A program made the translations under genes and the position numbers. Below are positions 36,231 to 49,015 of a DNA stretch of 64,000 bases, in pieces. Where the stretch lies: positions 12,216,001 to 12,280,000 of the forward strand of contig NC_086101.1 of assembly GCF_963921235.1 (NCBI RefSeq). Direction: 5' to 3'. Position 1 is the first letter of the stretch, and each line of letters opens with the position of its first letter. The notes below the pieces were generated by a model, which saw only the letters and a list, made by a program, of their open reading frames with translations, did not search any database and had not been told where the DNA came from. The stretch comes from Mobula hypostoma (taxonomy: Eukaryota).

Positions 36231-37035
36231 TTTTGTTGGGTTCCTCCAGCATCTTGTGTGTTACCTTGGAAGAAGCTGTTCAATTTCAACATGACCTTGC
36301 ATATTTCTCCTTCTCGAACTGTATATTCAATACTTCAGCATTGTTTAAGGATTCAAGGTTCACGTCACAAGTGTAACGGAGAATGAAATAACTGTTACTC
36401 TGGATCCAATGCAGCAAAAAACACACAATATGGAGCACAATAATAAAAAATATATAAAATCGTAACAACACACATCAAAGTTGCTGGTGAACACAGCAGG
36501 CCAGGCAGCATCTCTAGGAAGAGGTACAGTCGACGTTTCGGGCCGAGACCCTTCGTCAGATAGCTTATATACTCAGATTCATGGTATGCCCATAAAATGA
36601 CAGGAGTGTCTGTCTGTAAGATGACAGGTAATAGTAACGTAGTAGTAGTTGGGGGTGTGGAGGGCTGGGTATGAAACTTTGACTGTTTACTCTTTTCCAT
36701 AGATGCTGCCTATCCTGCTGAGTTCCTCCGACATTGTGTGTATATTGCATTATTCTGTGAAGTATGTGGTGGGCATAACTGTGGGGAACATGTGAGAATG
36801 TGGTGAGAGAGGGGAACATACAGAGTAATGGGGCTGATGGGAGGTGTTAGGGTCCTGAGTGGCCAATCAAACCAGCAACAGCATAACTCAATGGGCTGAG
36901 TGGCCTCCTGTTTCAGGTAGTGATATGACACTATAGCCAGAAACAGGTTCTTGACACCATTTAGTCTGCGCCAGCCTGTTCTGCCTGGCTCCATCTGCCT
37001 GCACCCAGGCCACAGCCCTGCAAACCTGTCTCATA

Positions 37036-38200
37036 GAACATAGAACAGAGAAATCTACAGCACATTTGGCCCAGAATGTTGTGCTGACCATGTAACCTAC
37101 TCTAGAAACTGCATAGCCCTCTATTTTTCTAAGCTCCATGTACCTATCTCAGAATCTCATAAGAGATTCTATCGTATCCGCCTCCACCACTGTTGCTGGC
37201 AGTGAATTCCATGCACTCACCACTCTCTGTGTGGAAAAACTTACTCCTGAAATCCCCTCTGTACCTATTTCCAAGCACCTTAAAACAATGCACCCTTGTG
37301 TTAGCCATTTCACTGGGAAAAAGCCTCTGGCTATCCACATGATCAATGCTTCTCATCATTTAATACACCTCGATCAGGTCACCATCATCTCTCATCCTCC
37401 ATCATTCCAAGGAGAAAAGTCCAAGTTCACTCAACCTATTCTCATAAGGCATGCTCTCCAATCCAGGCAAAATTGTCTTATATCTCCTCTGCATACTTTC
37501 TATAGTATCCACATCCTTCCTGTAGTGAGGTGACCAGAACTGAACACAGTACTCCAAGTGGGGTCTTATATAGCTGTAATTACCTCATGACTCTTGAACT
37601 CAATCCCACAGTTGATGAATGGCAACACACCATACGCCTTGTTAACAACACTGTCAACCTGTGCTGCAGCTTTGAGTGTCCTATGGAAATGCACCCCAAG
37701 ATTTCTCAGATCCTTCACACTGCCAAGAGTCTAACCTTTAATACTATATTCTGCCTTCAAATTTGACCTTCCAAAATGAACCACCTCACATTTATCTGGG
37801 TTGTACTCCATCTGCCACTTCTCAGCCCAGTTCTGCATCCTATCAATGTCCTGCTGTAACCGCTGACAGCCCTCCACACTACCCACAACACCCCCAATCT
37901 TTGTGTCATCAGCAAACTTACTAACTCACCCTTCTACTTCTTCATTCAGGTCATTTATACAAATTACAAAGAGGAGGGGCCCAGAACAGATCCTTGCTGA
38001 ACACCATTGGTCACTGACCTCCATGCAGAATATGAACCATCTACAACCACTCTTTGCCTTCTGTGGTCAAGCCAATTCTGGATCCACAAAGCAATGTCCC
38101 CTTGGAACCCATGCCTCCTTACTTTCTCAATAAGCCTTGCATGGGGAACCTTATCAAATGCCTAACTGATATCCATATACACTACATCTACTGCTCTAAC
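37036..38200 (-). mobile_element. Degenerate CR1 LINE 3' portion
   Basis: CR1 C-terminal similarity; (CATAGAA)n tail. Confidence 0.8.
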
Positions 38201-38256
38201 TCCATCAATATGCCTCATTCCTATACCTATCCCAACTTCTCCTAAATGTTACACTT

Positions 38257-38674
38257 CTCCGTGGATTGTCACCTTGTCGTGGTGGAGAAGCTTGTGTGGT
38301 CCTGTGATCCTGGGAGCAATGCTGTCTGGAGCTATGCTCCTGGTAGGGTCACCCATGGCAGTAAGGTCGAGGGTGAGGTCCCTGACAAAGAACAATCCAA
38401 CCAAGACCTCAGTGGTGGAACAGGCGGACGAAATTACTTCAAACTCAATGGTTGTGAAGGCGGATGAAGGCTGCAACAAATCCATCAGCTCCAATCTTCG
38501 TGGTTTCCATGCCATTGGAATCAGTTGATTGATTTGTGAAGTATCATGTGCTTCTTGGAGTGCAACATCAAGTACACATTAAACAAATACACGCACAGGC
38601 GTCTTTGCTCTGTGGGCCACTTCTTCAGAATGAAGACCATCATCCCCGACCTCGAGGGATAGCCACGACGATGA
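38257..38674 (+). mobile_element. Second copy of the ~420-bp SINE-like element; TSD CTAAATGTTACACTT
   Basis: TSD at 38242-38256 and 38675-38689; inserted in CR1 debris. Confidence 0.8.
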
Positions 38675-39869
38675 CTAAATGTTACACTTGAACCGACATC
38701 TACCATTTCCACCAGTAGTTTGATCCACCCTCTCACCATCCTCTGAGTGAAAAAATCCCTCCTCAAATTCCCCTTAAATATTTCATCTTTCACACTTAAC
38801 CCATGACCTCTCGTTGTAGTCCCACACAACCTCAGTGGAAAAAGCCTGCTTGCATTTACCCGATCTATATTCCTCATAATTTTGAATACCTCTATCAAAT
38901 CTCCCTTCATTCTCCTACAGTCCAGGAAATAAAGTCTTGGTCTATTCAACCTTTCCCTCTAACTCAGGTCGTCAAGTTTCAGCAACACTTTTCTTTACAC
39001 TTTCAATCTTATTTACACCTTCCTCGTAGGTAGGTGATGAGAACTGCACACAGTATGCTTGATTAGGCCTTACCAATGTCTTATACAACTCCTGCACTCA
39101 GTGCCCTGATTTATCATGCGACAAAAGTTATATTTATGAGCTGATACACTTGTGATGCCACTTTCAAAATTGAGGATCTATATTCCCTGATCCCTTTGTT
39201 CTATCGCACATCCCAATGCCCCAGCCAGATGAAATATGAAAACCCTTACATCTCTGACAAACATGGTCTGGGTCAGCAATTCAAATGTAAGAAGCTGCAG
39301 AGAATATCAGCCCAGTAAATCACATCCCTCACCGTTGGTAGCACGTACAGGATTTGCTGCCTCAGCTATGGTCAAAGATCCTCACCATCAGGTGGGAGGT
39401 ACAGAAGCCTGAAGTCCCACACCACCAGGTTCTGGAACATCTACTTCTCTTCCACCATTTGCTTCCTGAAGCAACCTGCACAATCCCTATCACCACCTCA
39501 GTACTGTAGCACCATTACAACCGCGATCTACACTAGGAGTTGTTTTCGTTTTGTTTTAATTATGTTCTCAGTGTTCATTTTTGTGCAATAAATGTTTAAT
39601 TTGTCTATTGTTTGTGAAAGTTTTATATTTAATGCCATGCGCCTGTGATGCTCCTGGAACTAAGTTTTTCACGACACCTGTCCCTACATCTGGCAATGAA
39701 GTCAACTTCGACATTGACATCTCAATACAATTGCTCCTTAATCTTCCCATTTCTCAGAACAATCACAATTCTTCCAACCAACAATCTGCTGGAGGAACTC
39801 AGTAGGTCATGAAGCACATGTGGGAGGAAAGGAACTGCCAGATTGTTGGTCTGTGTCAGGACTGTAAGT

Positions 39870-40050
39870 GGAGAGGGGCGGTGGCCGGGACACAGATGGA
39901 GGGGTGGAGAAGGTTGGTGGCCGGTGAACAGACGGGGAGTGGAGGGGGTCGGTGGCCGGTACACAGATGGGGAAGTGGAGAGGGTCAGTGGCTGGTGAAC
40001 AGACGGGGAGGTGGGGAGGTAGAGAGAGGGCCGGTTGCCGGTATACAGTC
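39870..40050 (+). repeat. G-rich minisatellite, about 35-bp unit x5
   Basis: Repeated GGTGGCCGG..ACAGA(T/C)GGGG..GTGGAG. Confidence 0.75.
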
Positions 40051-40459
40051 GGGAAAATGGAGAGGCAAGAGTCTGAATGATTCCTCAACTTAGCAGCCCA
40101 CAGTCACCTCAGATTCTCGTTTCAACCAAAATTTTGACAGTTCCCTTCCACTCGCACCTCCAAGAGACTGCAACCTTGTCGTAGGTTTATGAGGTTTGCG
40201 TGCTTCAATGCCCCGGAAAGCTATGTTGGCTGGAGTCGGGGTTTTATGCTTTGGCTCTTGGTAGGGTCACCCATGCCAAACTGGCCAAGGGGTGGAAGCC
40301 AGACTAAGAGTGATCCACTGGTCCTCCAGGTTCAGGGTTCAGCTCATGATGAACAACGCTGACCAGAAAAACAAAACTGTTACAGATACAGCAGTGAAGA
40401 ATCCATCTACATCTGAATGCGACCGTATTTCTCAGTCTCCACCCCGAGTTTGCATGGCT

Positions 40460-42160
40460 GACAGTAATAAAACCTTTTTCAAGTATGTAAAAAATAAAAG
40501 TGATAAGAGTGGACATAGGGCCACTAGAAAATGAGGCTGGAGAAATAATAATGGGGGACAGGGAGATGACAGATGAACTAACTGAGTATTTTGCATCAGT
40601 CTTCACTGTGCAAGACACTAGCAGTGTGCCAGATGTTGTAGTGTGTGAAGGAAGAGAAGTGGGTGCAGTTACTATTGCAAGGGAGAAGGTGCTCAAAAAG
40701 CTGAATGACCTAACGGTACATAAGTCACCTGGACCAGATGAACTGCGCAGGTTCTGATTGTGGTGGCGTTAGAAATTATCTTTCAAAAATCAGTGGACTG
40801 TGGCATGGTGCCAGAGGACTGGAAATTGCAAATGTCACTCCACTCTTCTAGAAAAGAGGAAGGCAGCAGAAAGGAAATTACAGACCAGTTAGCCTGGCCT
40901 CAGTGGTTGGGAAGATGTTAGAGTCAATTGTTAAGGACGAGGTGATGGAGCACTTGGTGACACAGGACAAGATAGGATGAAGTCAGCATGGTTTCCTTAA
41001 GGGAAAATCCTGCCTGATTAACTTTTTGGAATTCTTTGAGATTACAAGTAGGATAGATAAAGGGGATGCAGTGGATGTTGTATAATTGGACTTACAGAAG
41101 GCCTTTGACAGGGTGCCACACATGAGGCTGCTTACCAAGTTAAGAGCCCATGGTATTACAGGAATGTTACTAACATGATTAGAGCATTGGCTGATTGGAA
41201 GAAGGCAGCGAGTGGGAATAAAAGGGTCCTTGTCTGGTTGGCTGCCAGTGACTAGTGGTGTTCCGCAGGGGTTGGTTTTAGGACCACTTCTTTTAATGCT
41301 GTATATAAATGATTTTGATGATGGAATCGATGGCTTTGTTGTCAAGTTTGCAGATGAAATGAAGATTGGTGGAGGAACAGGTAGTGTTGAGAAAACAGGT
41401 AGGATGCAGAAGGACTTAGATTAAGAGAATGGGCAAGAAATAAATGTGCAGGCTATTTTCTAAATAGGGAGAAAATCTAAAAATCTGAGATGCAAAGGGA
41501 TGTCCTTGTACAGAACACCCTAAAGGTTAACTTGCAGCTTGAGTCGGTGGCAAAGAAAACAAATGCAATGTTTGCATTCTTTTCAAGAGGTCTAGAATAC
41601 AAGAGCAAGGATGTGATGCTGAGGCTTTATAAGGCACTGGTTAGGCCTCACCTTGAGTATTGTGAACAGTTTTGGGCTCCTCATCTTAGAAAAGATGTGC
41701 TGGCATTGGAGAGGGTCCAGAGGAGGTTCACAAGGATGATTCTAGGAATGAAAGGGTTATCATACAAGGAACACTTGATGGCTCTAGGTCTGTACTTGCT
41801 GGAATTTAGAAGGATGAGGGGGTCCTCTTGAAACTTTTTGAATGCTGAAAAGCCTAGACAGAGTAGATGTGGAAAGGTGGGAGAGTCTAGGACAAGAGAG
41901 CACAGCCTCAGGATAGAGGAACGCCCATTCAAAACAGAGATGCGGAGAAATTTCCTTAGCCAGAGAGTGGTGAATTTGTGGAATGTGTTGCCACATGCAG
42001 CTGTCGACAGGTCGTTGGCTGTACTTAAGGCAGAGATTGATAGGTTCTTGATTTGACATAGCATCAAAGGTTATGGGGAGAAGGCTGGGAAATGGGGTTG
42101 AGGAGGAGAGAAAAAGAGGATCAGCTGTGATTGAAAGGTGGCGCAGACTCGATGGGCATT
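40460..42160 (+). mobile_element. Degenerate CR1 LINE
   Basis: GPLENEAGEII, KSPGPD, GVPQG, KFADE, RPHLEYC motifs. Confidence 0.88.
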
Positions 42161-43842
42161 GAGAGTAGGGCACGGGGGAAGTGTTCAAAAGCACCTGCTC
42201 ACTTCACTGCAGTAATGCATATACAGAAGGCTGCACTACAGCCTGCACTCAGAAATTGCAGGTGCATCCATTGTCACAGAGGCCAGCGAAATCATGGACT
42301 TTTATTATGAACTGCATTGAGCTTGGTCACCGAAATTCCCATTGCCAGCACCTCCCGCTTAAGCTTAAATCAAGCAATATTTCAGCAGCAAGTCTGGCCT
42401 CATCTGTATGAAGAGTTACACAGCTTAACGTTCCTATTCTATAAGCAGACTTTCAGTGCAGGGTAACGGGAGAGCGTCCAGCTTAGATACCAAATTTTCG
42501 GGATTGATGATCGTGCTGCCTTTCTTTTATTTCTTGGTTTCACGGTTAACAGGAGAACTGGAGAATTTCAGAATTGTATGCTTTGATAATAAATCAACCT
42601 TTGGACCTCTGAGATGCTCGTTTGCTTGAACCCATTGCCTAGAACTAAGGACTGTGGTCTTAGGGTAAAGACTGGGCAGTTAAGACTGCGGTGAGGAGAA
42701 ATTTCTTCTCTCATTGGTTTGCACAACAGTCCTCATGGAGGGAGCAGAAGTGGAAAGGGTAAGCAATTTCAAGTTCTTGTGTGTCAGTAACTCTGAAGAT
42801 CTATCCTGGGCCCAACACATTGATGCATTAAAATGACGGGATGCCAGCAGTTATACTTCATTAGGAGTGAGAGGAGACTCAGCCTTAGTAAATTCCGCAG
42901 AGGTACTGCGGAGTGCATTCTAACTGGCTGCATCACCATCTGGTGTAGAGGGGCCACTGCACAAGACCAGAAAAAAGCTGCAGAAAGCTGTAAACTCTGC
43001 CAGCCCCATCATGGGCAGTAGCCTTCCCACCGTCGAGGACATTTTCAAAAGGCGATGCCTCAGGATGGAGGCATCCATCACCAGGATGACACCACCCAGG
43101 ACATACCCTCTTCACATTATGACCGTCAGGAAAGAGGCCTGAAGACATACAATCAATGTTTTGGGCACAGCTTCTTCCCCTCCACTATCAGATTTCTGAA
43201 TGGTCCATGAACCCATGAACAGTACCTCACTATTTTTGCTCTCTTCTTGCCCTAAATTTTTGCATATATTTCTCATTGTAATTTGTTGTGTGCTTTATAT
43301 ATAGCGCTGCCCCGCTGTTGCAAAACAAAATTCACAACATCGGTCAGTGAAAATAAAGCTGATTCTGAGCGTATGTCTGGAACTATCTGATTCTGTGGAT
43401 ATTCAGTCACTGAGTAAACTGGACTCTAAGTTTGTTCTAATTGTGTTATTTCTGATAGAAATTGTGTACAATATATGTTTAATTTGTTTTTGTGAAAGCT
43501 GCTGATAGGATACTGCGTGTGTGCGATGCTGCAGCATGTTGAGTTTTTCATTGTACCTGTGCTGATGACAATAAACTTGACTTTCACTTCCCAACTTTAA
43601 CCTTGACTTTTCTATGGAACTAAGGGATCCAAAAACAGTGCAGTTGTGTGGTGATGAAATAGCCACTCAACCGTGACTTTACTGAATGGTGGAGGTGGTA
43701 CGAGGAACCAATCACATGTCCGTATTGCCAGGGATGACGATACCCCCATCGCTGACTTTTCACCTCCGATCATGTTACAATGTTGGGAAGTTTTGTCAAC
43801 CCCCAGCTCTCTGTAAATTGGTGAATTTCAAAGATCCAGTTC

Positions 43843-43917
43843 CTACTGGTGGATGGATGGGCTGCCATGGTGGACAGAGGCATCGAACAGAGGGTTGTGA
43901 ATCTCCATCTCTCCCGT
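43843..43917 (-). CDS. npdc1: NPDC1-family last coding exon TGEMEIHNPLFDASVHHGSPSIHQ*
   Basis: catttcag| acceptor; TGEME..NPLFD signature; TAG stop at 43845-43843. Confidence 0.95.
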   Translation of the reverse strand, partial: TGEMEIHNPLFDASVHHGSPSIHQ

Positions 43918-44337
43918 CTGAAATGGAAGATCAAATAAATTGCACATATTATCCAATCGGGCGGCACAGCAATGTAGCAATTAGCTCTACATTTTACAGC
44001 ACAGTTGTAAGATCAGTGTTTGATTCCCACTGCTGTCTAAAGGGAGTTTGGGCATTTTCCCCATGACTGTGGTTTCCTCCCACATTCCAAAGATGTATGA
44101 GTTAGTGTCAGTGAGTTGTGGGCATGTTATGTTGGTGTCAGAAGCCAGGTGACAATTGTGAGCTGCCTCCAGCACAATCCTCACTGACACGACGACGCAA
44201 ATGATGCCATTCACCGTATGCTTCGAAGTTCATATGACAAATAAAGCTAATCTCTAAATCTTTATAACCAGATTGGTTGCATCCTAGTCTGGAGCGGCAA
44301 ATCAAATGCACAGGAATGTAAGAAGCTGCAGAGAGTA

Positions 44338-45080
44338 GTGGAGCTGATTGTGGACTTCAGGAAGGGTAAGACGAAGGAACACATACCAATCCTCAAAGGG
44401 GGATCAGAAGTGGAGAGAGTGAGCAACTTCAAGTTTCTGGGTGTCAAGATCTCTGAGGATCTAACCTGGTCCCAACACATTGATGTAGTCATAAAGAAGG
44501 CAAGACAGTGGCTATACTTTATTAGGAGTTTGAAGAGATTTGGCATGTCAACAAATACACTCAAAGACTTCTATAGTTGTACGGTGGAGAGCATTCTGAC
44601 AGGCTGCATCACTGTCTGGAATGGGGGCACTACTGCACAGGACTGAAAGAAGCTGCAGAAGGTTGTAAATCTACTCAGATCCATCTTGGGCACTAGCCTC
44701 CAAAGTACCCAGGACATCTTTAGGGAGCGGTGTCTCAGAAAGGCAGTGTCCATTATTAAGGACCTCTGGCACCCAGGGCATGCCCTTTTCTCACTGTTAC
44801 CATCAGGGAGGAGATACAGAAGCCTGAAGGCACACACTCAGTGATTCAGGAACAGCTTCTTCCTCTCTGCCATCCGATTCCTAAGTGGACATTGAAGCTT
44901 TGGACACTACCTCACTTTTTAAAAAATATACAGTATTTCTGTTTTTTGCGCATTTAAAAAAATCTATTCAATATACGTAATTGATTTTCTTGTTTATTTA
45001 TTATTATGTTTTATTTTATTTATTATTTTTTCTCTCTCTGCTAGATTATGTATTGCATTGAACTGCTGCTGCTAAGTTAA
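44338..45080 (+). mobile_element. Rex1/Babar-type LINE 3' fragment in the last NPDC1-like intron
   Basis: ELIVDFRK, FKFLGV.ISEDLTW, VESILTGCITVW, HPGHALFS. Confidence 0.85.
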
Positions 45081-45116
45081 CACTAAGTGATACTAAACCT
45101 GATTCTGATTCTGATC

Positions 45117-45420
45117 AGCCCAAAACATCACGGACACACCCCTCCCCAGCATCAGTCACCACAGGAGATGCTGGCCAAATATATCAAGGGGACATCCCAC
45201 TCCAGCATCTCATGTTATCTATGGGAGGTGCTGGCCCAATACATCACAGGCACATCCCACCCCAGCATCTCATAGTAACTACTGGAGGTGCTGAACTAAT
45301 GCATCAAGGGGACATTCCTCCCCAGCATCTCATGTTACCTACAGGAGGTGTCGGCCCAATACATCAGGGGCACTTCCCTCCCCACCATCACTGGTACCTA
45401 CAGGAGATGCGACCTCAAGA
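45117..45420 (+). repeat. About 60-bp tandem repeat x5 derived from a Rex1-type segment
   Basis: Repeated GCCCAATACATCA.GGGCACATCCC.CCCCAGCATC...GGAGGTGCT. Confidence 0.75.
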
Positions 45421-46839
45421 AGGCAACATCCGTCATCAACAATCCACACCATCAGGGACGTCTTCAAGAGGTGGTGACTCAGCACCTGTCATTGAAGACC
45501 ATCTTTGTCTGGGACATACCCTCTTCTCATTACTACCATAAGGAAGGAGGAACAGCAGCCTGAGGCCACACTGCGATACAGGTACACATTCTTCCCCTTC
45601 GCCATGAGATTTCTGAAAGCCTGTGAGCTCTACCTCGTCATTCTTTTGTTTTTAGCAATATTTATTTATTTATTTTCACAGTTTATAGTAATTTTTAGTC
45701 TTTACTCTATACAGCTGCCACACATCAGCATATTTCATGTTATTTAAGTTGGTGATAATAAATCTGATTCTGATTCCCAGGACAAGCGGTTGCCATGGTA
45801 GTGTAGCGTTAACGCGGTGCTATTACACCTCGAGACGTTCTGAAGTGCGGAGTTCACTTCCGGCGCCATTCCGTAAGGAGTCTCTGTGTGGGTTTTCCCC
45901 GGGTGCTCTGGTTTTCTCCCACCGTCCAAAGGTTAATTGGGTAATTGCAAATTGTCCTATGATGAAGCTACAGTTAATCGGGGTTGTGGGGCAGCTTGGC
46001 TTGAAGGGCCTATTCTGCGCTGTATTGCTAAATTAATAGGTAACTAAACAAATAAATATATCCATTTTTCTCAGACTCGGATCAATGACTGAACCTCCAC
46101 AATATTCCAGGGTGGAGAATTCCAAAGATTCGGCACCCTCTGAGGGAAGACATTTCCCCTCATCTCCGTCCTATGTGGATGAAACATTTCAGACTCTAAA
46201 GGGACTTGACAGGAGAGGATTCTTCCTCCTGTGGGAGAACCTGGGGGGGGGGGGTTCACCATTCATAAAGAAGTGTGTCGATATTTCAACTGGAGGTCAG
46301 GTGCCTTTTCTCTCTCTCAGAAAGTGATGAATCTTTGCAATTCTCTTCTTCAAAGGGCGTTGGGGTTGAGGCAGTAAATAAAGAGATTCCTAATACTTCA
46401 AGGAATAAAATGTTGAATTATTTTAAAGTTACAGCGCTGTTAAGAAGGCACATGGTGTGTTGGCTTTCATTAGTTGGGGACTGAGATCAAGAGCCATGAT
46501 GTAACTATGTAGCTCCATAAAACCCTGGTTAGATCACACTTGGAATGGTAGCCTCATTATAGGGCGGATGTGGAAGCTTTACAGACGATGCAGAGGAGGT
46601 TTACCAGGATGCTGCCTGAGATTAAGGAGCATGTGTGAGGAAGACAGGTTGAGCAAGCTTTGGCTTTCCTCTTCAGAGCAGGAGTTCTCACCCTTTTTTT
46701 ATGCCATGACTCCTTACCATTAACTGATGGGTCCATGGACCCCTAGTTTAGAGAGAAGGAGGATAAGAGGTGACTTGATAAAAGGCGTAGTCATAGAGTA
46801 GTACAGCACAGCACAGGAACAGGCCATTTGACCCATATA

Positions 46840-49015
46840 GTCCATGCTGAATCCACTTAAGCTGCCTACTCCAATTGACCTATACCTGGACCAAAGCCCT
46901 AAATATCTCTATTATCTATGTATCTATCCACACTTCTCTTGAGCATTGAAATACAGCTCACATGGACCACTTGTGCTGGTAGCTCATTCCACACTCTCGT
47001 GACCCTCTGAATGAAGAAGTTCCCCTCATGATCCCCTTAAATTTCTCACTTTCACCCTTAAGCCATGACCTCTGGTTCTAGTTCCACCTAACCTCAGTGA
47101 AAAAAGCCTCCTTGCATTTACCCTGTTGATACCTCTCATAATTTCTATCAAATCTTCTCTCAATCTTCTATGTTCTAAAGAATACAGTCTTAACCTATTC
47201 AATATTTCCTGATAACTCAGGTCCACCAGACCCTTCAACGTCCTTGTAAACTTTCTCTGTACTCTTTCAGCCTTGCTTACATCTTTCCTGTAGGTTAGGA
47301 CCAAAACTGCGCACAATACTCCACATTAGGCCTCAACAACATTTTATACAACTTCAACATAACATCTCTTCTCCTGTACTCAAATCATTGATTTATGAAG
47401 GTGAATGTGCCAAAAGCTTTCTTTGTGACCCTATCTACTTGTGACACCACTGTCAATGAATTATGGACTTGTATTCCCAGATCCCTTTGTTCTACCGCAC
47501 TCCTCAGTGCCCCACTGTTCACCATTGAATTGAATTGACTTTACTACTTACATCCTTCATATACATGATGAGTAAAGGTCTTTATGTCACGTCTCCATTT
47601 AAATGTGCAATGTGCAATCATAGTAATTTATAGTAATAGAACAGTCAATGTACTATAGAGGACACTCAAGTCAGCGTGAGTTCCTCAGTCTGATGGCCTG
47701 GTGGATGAAGCCATCCCAGAGCCTGTTGGTCCTGGCTTTTATGCTGTGGTACTGCTTCCCGGATTGTAGCAGCTGGGCTGTCCGCACCACTCTCTGCAGA
47801 GTCCTGCAATTAAGGGAGGTACAGTTCCCATACCAGGCAATGATGCAGCCAGTCAGGATGCTCTCAGTTGTGCCCCTATAGAAAGTTCTTAGGATTTAGG
47901 GGCCCATACCAAACTTCTTCAACCATCTGAGGTGAAAGAGGAGCTGTTGTGCCTTTTTCACCACACAGCCAGTAGGTATAGACCACATGAGATCCTCGGT
48001 GATGTTTATGCCAGGAACTTAAAGCTGTTCATCCTCTCAACCCCAGCTCCATTGATGTCAATAGGGGCCAGCCTGTCTCCATTCCTCCTGTAGTCCACAA
48101 TCAGCTCCTCTGTTCTTGCATGTAGGACCTACCCTGGTTGGTCTTACTGAAGTGCAAAACCTCTTACTTGTCTGCATTAGATTCCATCTGCCATTTTTCA
48201 TCCCATTTCCCAGCCGATGCAGGTCCCTCTGCAAGCTATGATAGTTGTCCTCACCGTCCACTACACTCCCAATCTTGGGATCATCTGCAAATTTGCTGAT
48301 CCAGTTAACCGCATTATCATCCAGATCATGGATATAGATGACAAATAATAAAAGATCCAGCACCGATCCCTGTGGCACACCACTGGTCACAGGCCTCCTA
48401 CTACCACTCTCTGGCTTCTCTCACAACGCCGATGTTTAAGTGTATAAGATGATGAGAGGCATTGATCGTGTGGATAGTCAGAGGCTTTTTCCCAGGGCTG
48501 AAATGGCTGCCACAAGAGGACACAGGTTTAAGGCACTGGGGAGTAGGTACAGAGGAGATATCAGGGGTAAGTTTTTGACTCAGAGAGTGGTGAGTGCGTG
48601 GGATGGACTGCCAGAAACGGTGGTGGAGGCGGATACGATAGGGTCTTTTAAGAGATTTTTACATAGGTACATGGAGCTTAGAGAAATAGAGGGCTATGGG
48701 TAAGCCTAGTAATTTCTAAGGTAGGGACATGTTCAGCACAGCTTTGTGGGCCGAAGGGCCTGTATTGTGATGTAGGTTTTCTATGTTTCTATGTTTAATC
48801 CAATTTACTATCTCACCTTGAATGCTGAGTGAGTGAACCTTATTGACCAACCTCCTATTCGGGACCTTCTCAAATGCGTTACCAAAGACCATGTCAACGA
48901 CATGCATTGCCTTGCCTTCATCCACTTTCCTAGTTAGTTCCTAGAAACACTCCGTAAAATTGGTTAGCCATGACCTACCACTCATGAAGCCATGCTGACT
49001 GTCCTTAATTAGTCC
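46840..49015 (-). mobile_element. CR1 fragment with nested Rex1-type (about 47526-48120) and CR1 (48440-48790, +) insertions
   Basis: [15 protein letters not shown] at 48058-48390; ATGTTTAA direct repeat flanks the nested CR1. Confidence 0.75.

Noticed and set aside
45117..45420. CRISPR-like or coding repeat array
   Set aside because: Eukaryotic context; degenerate tandem units without unique spacers; TE-derived
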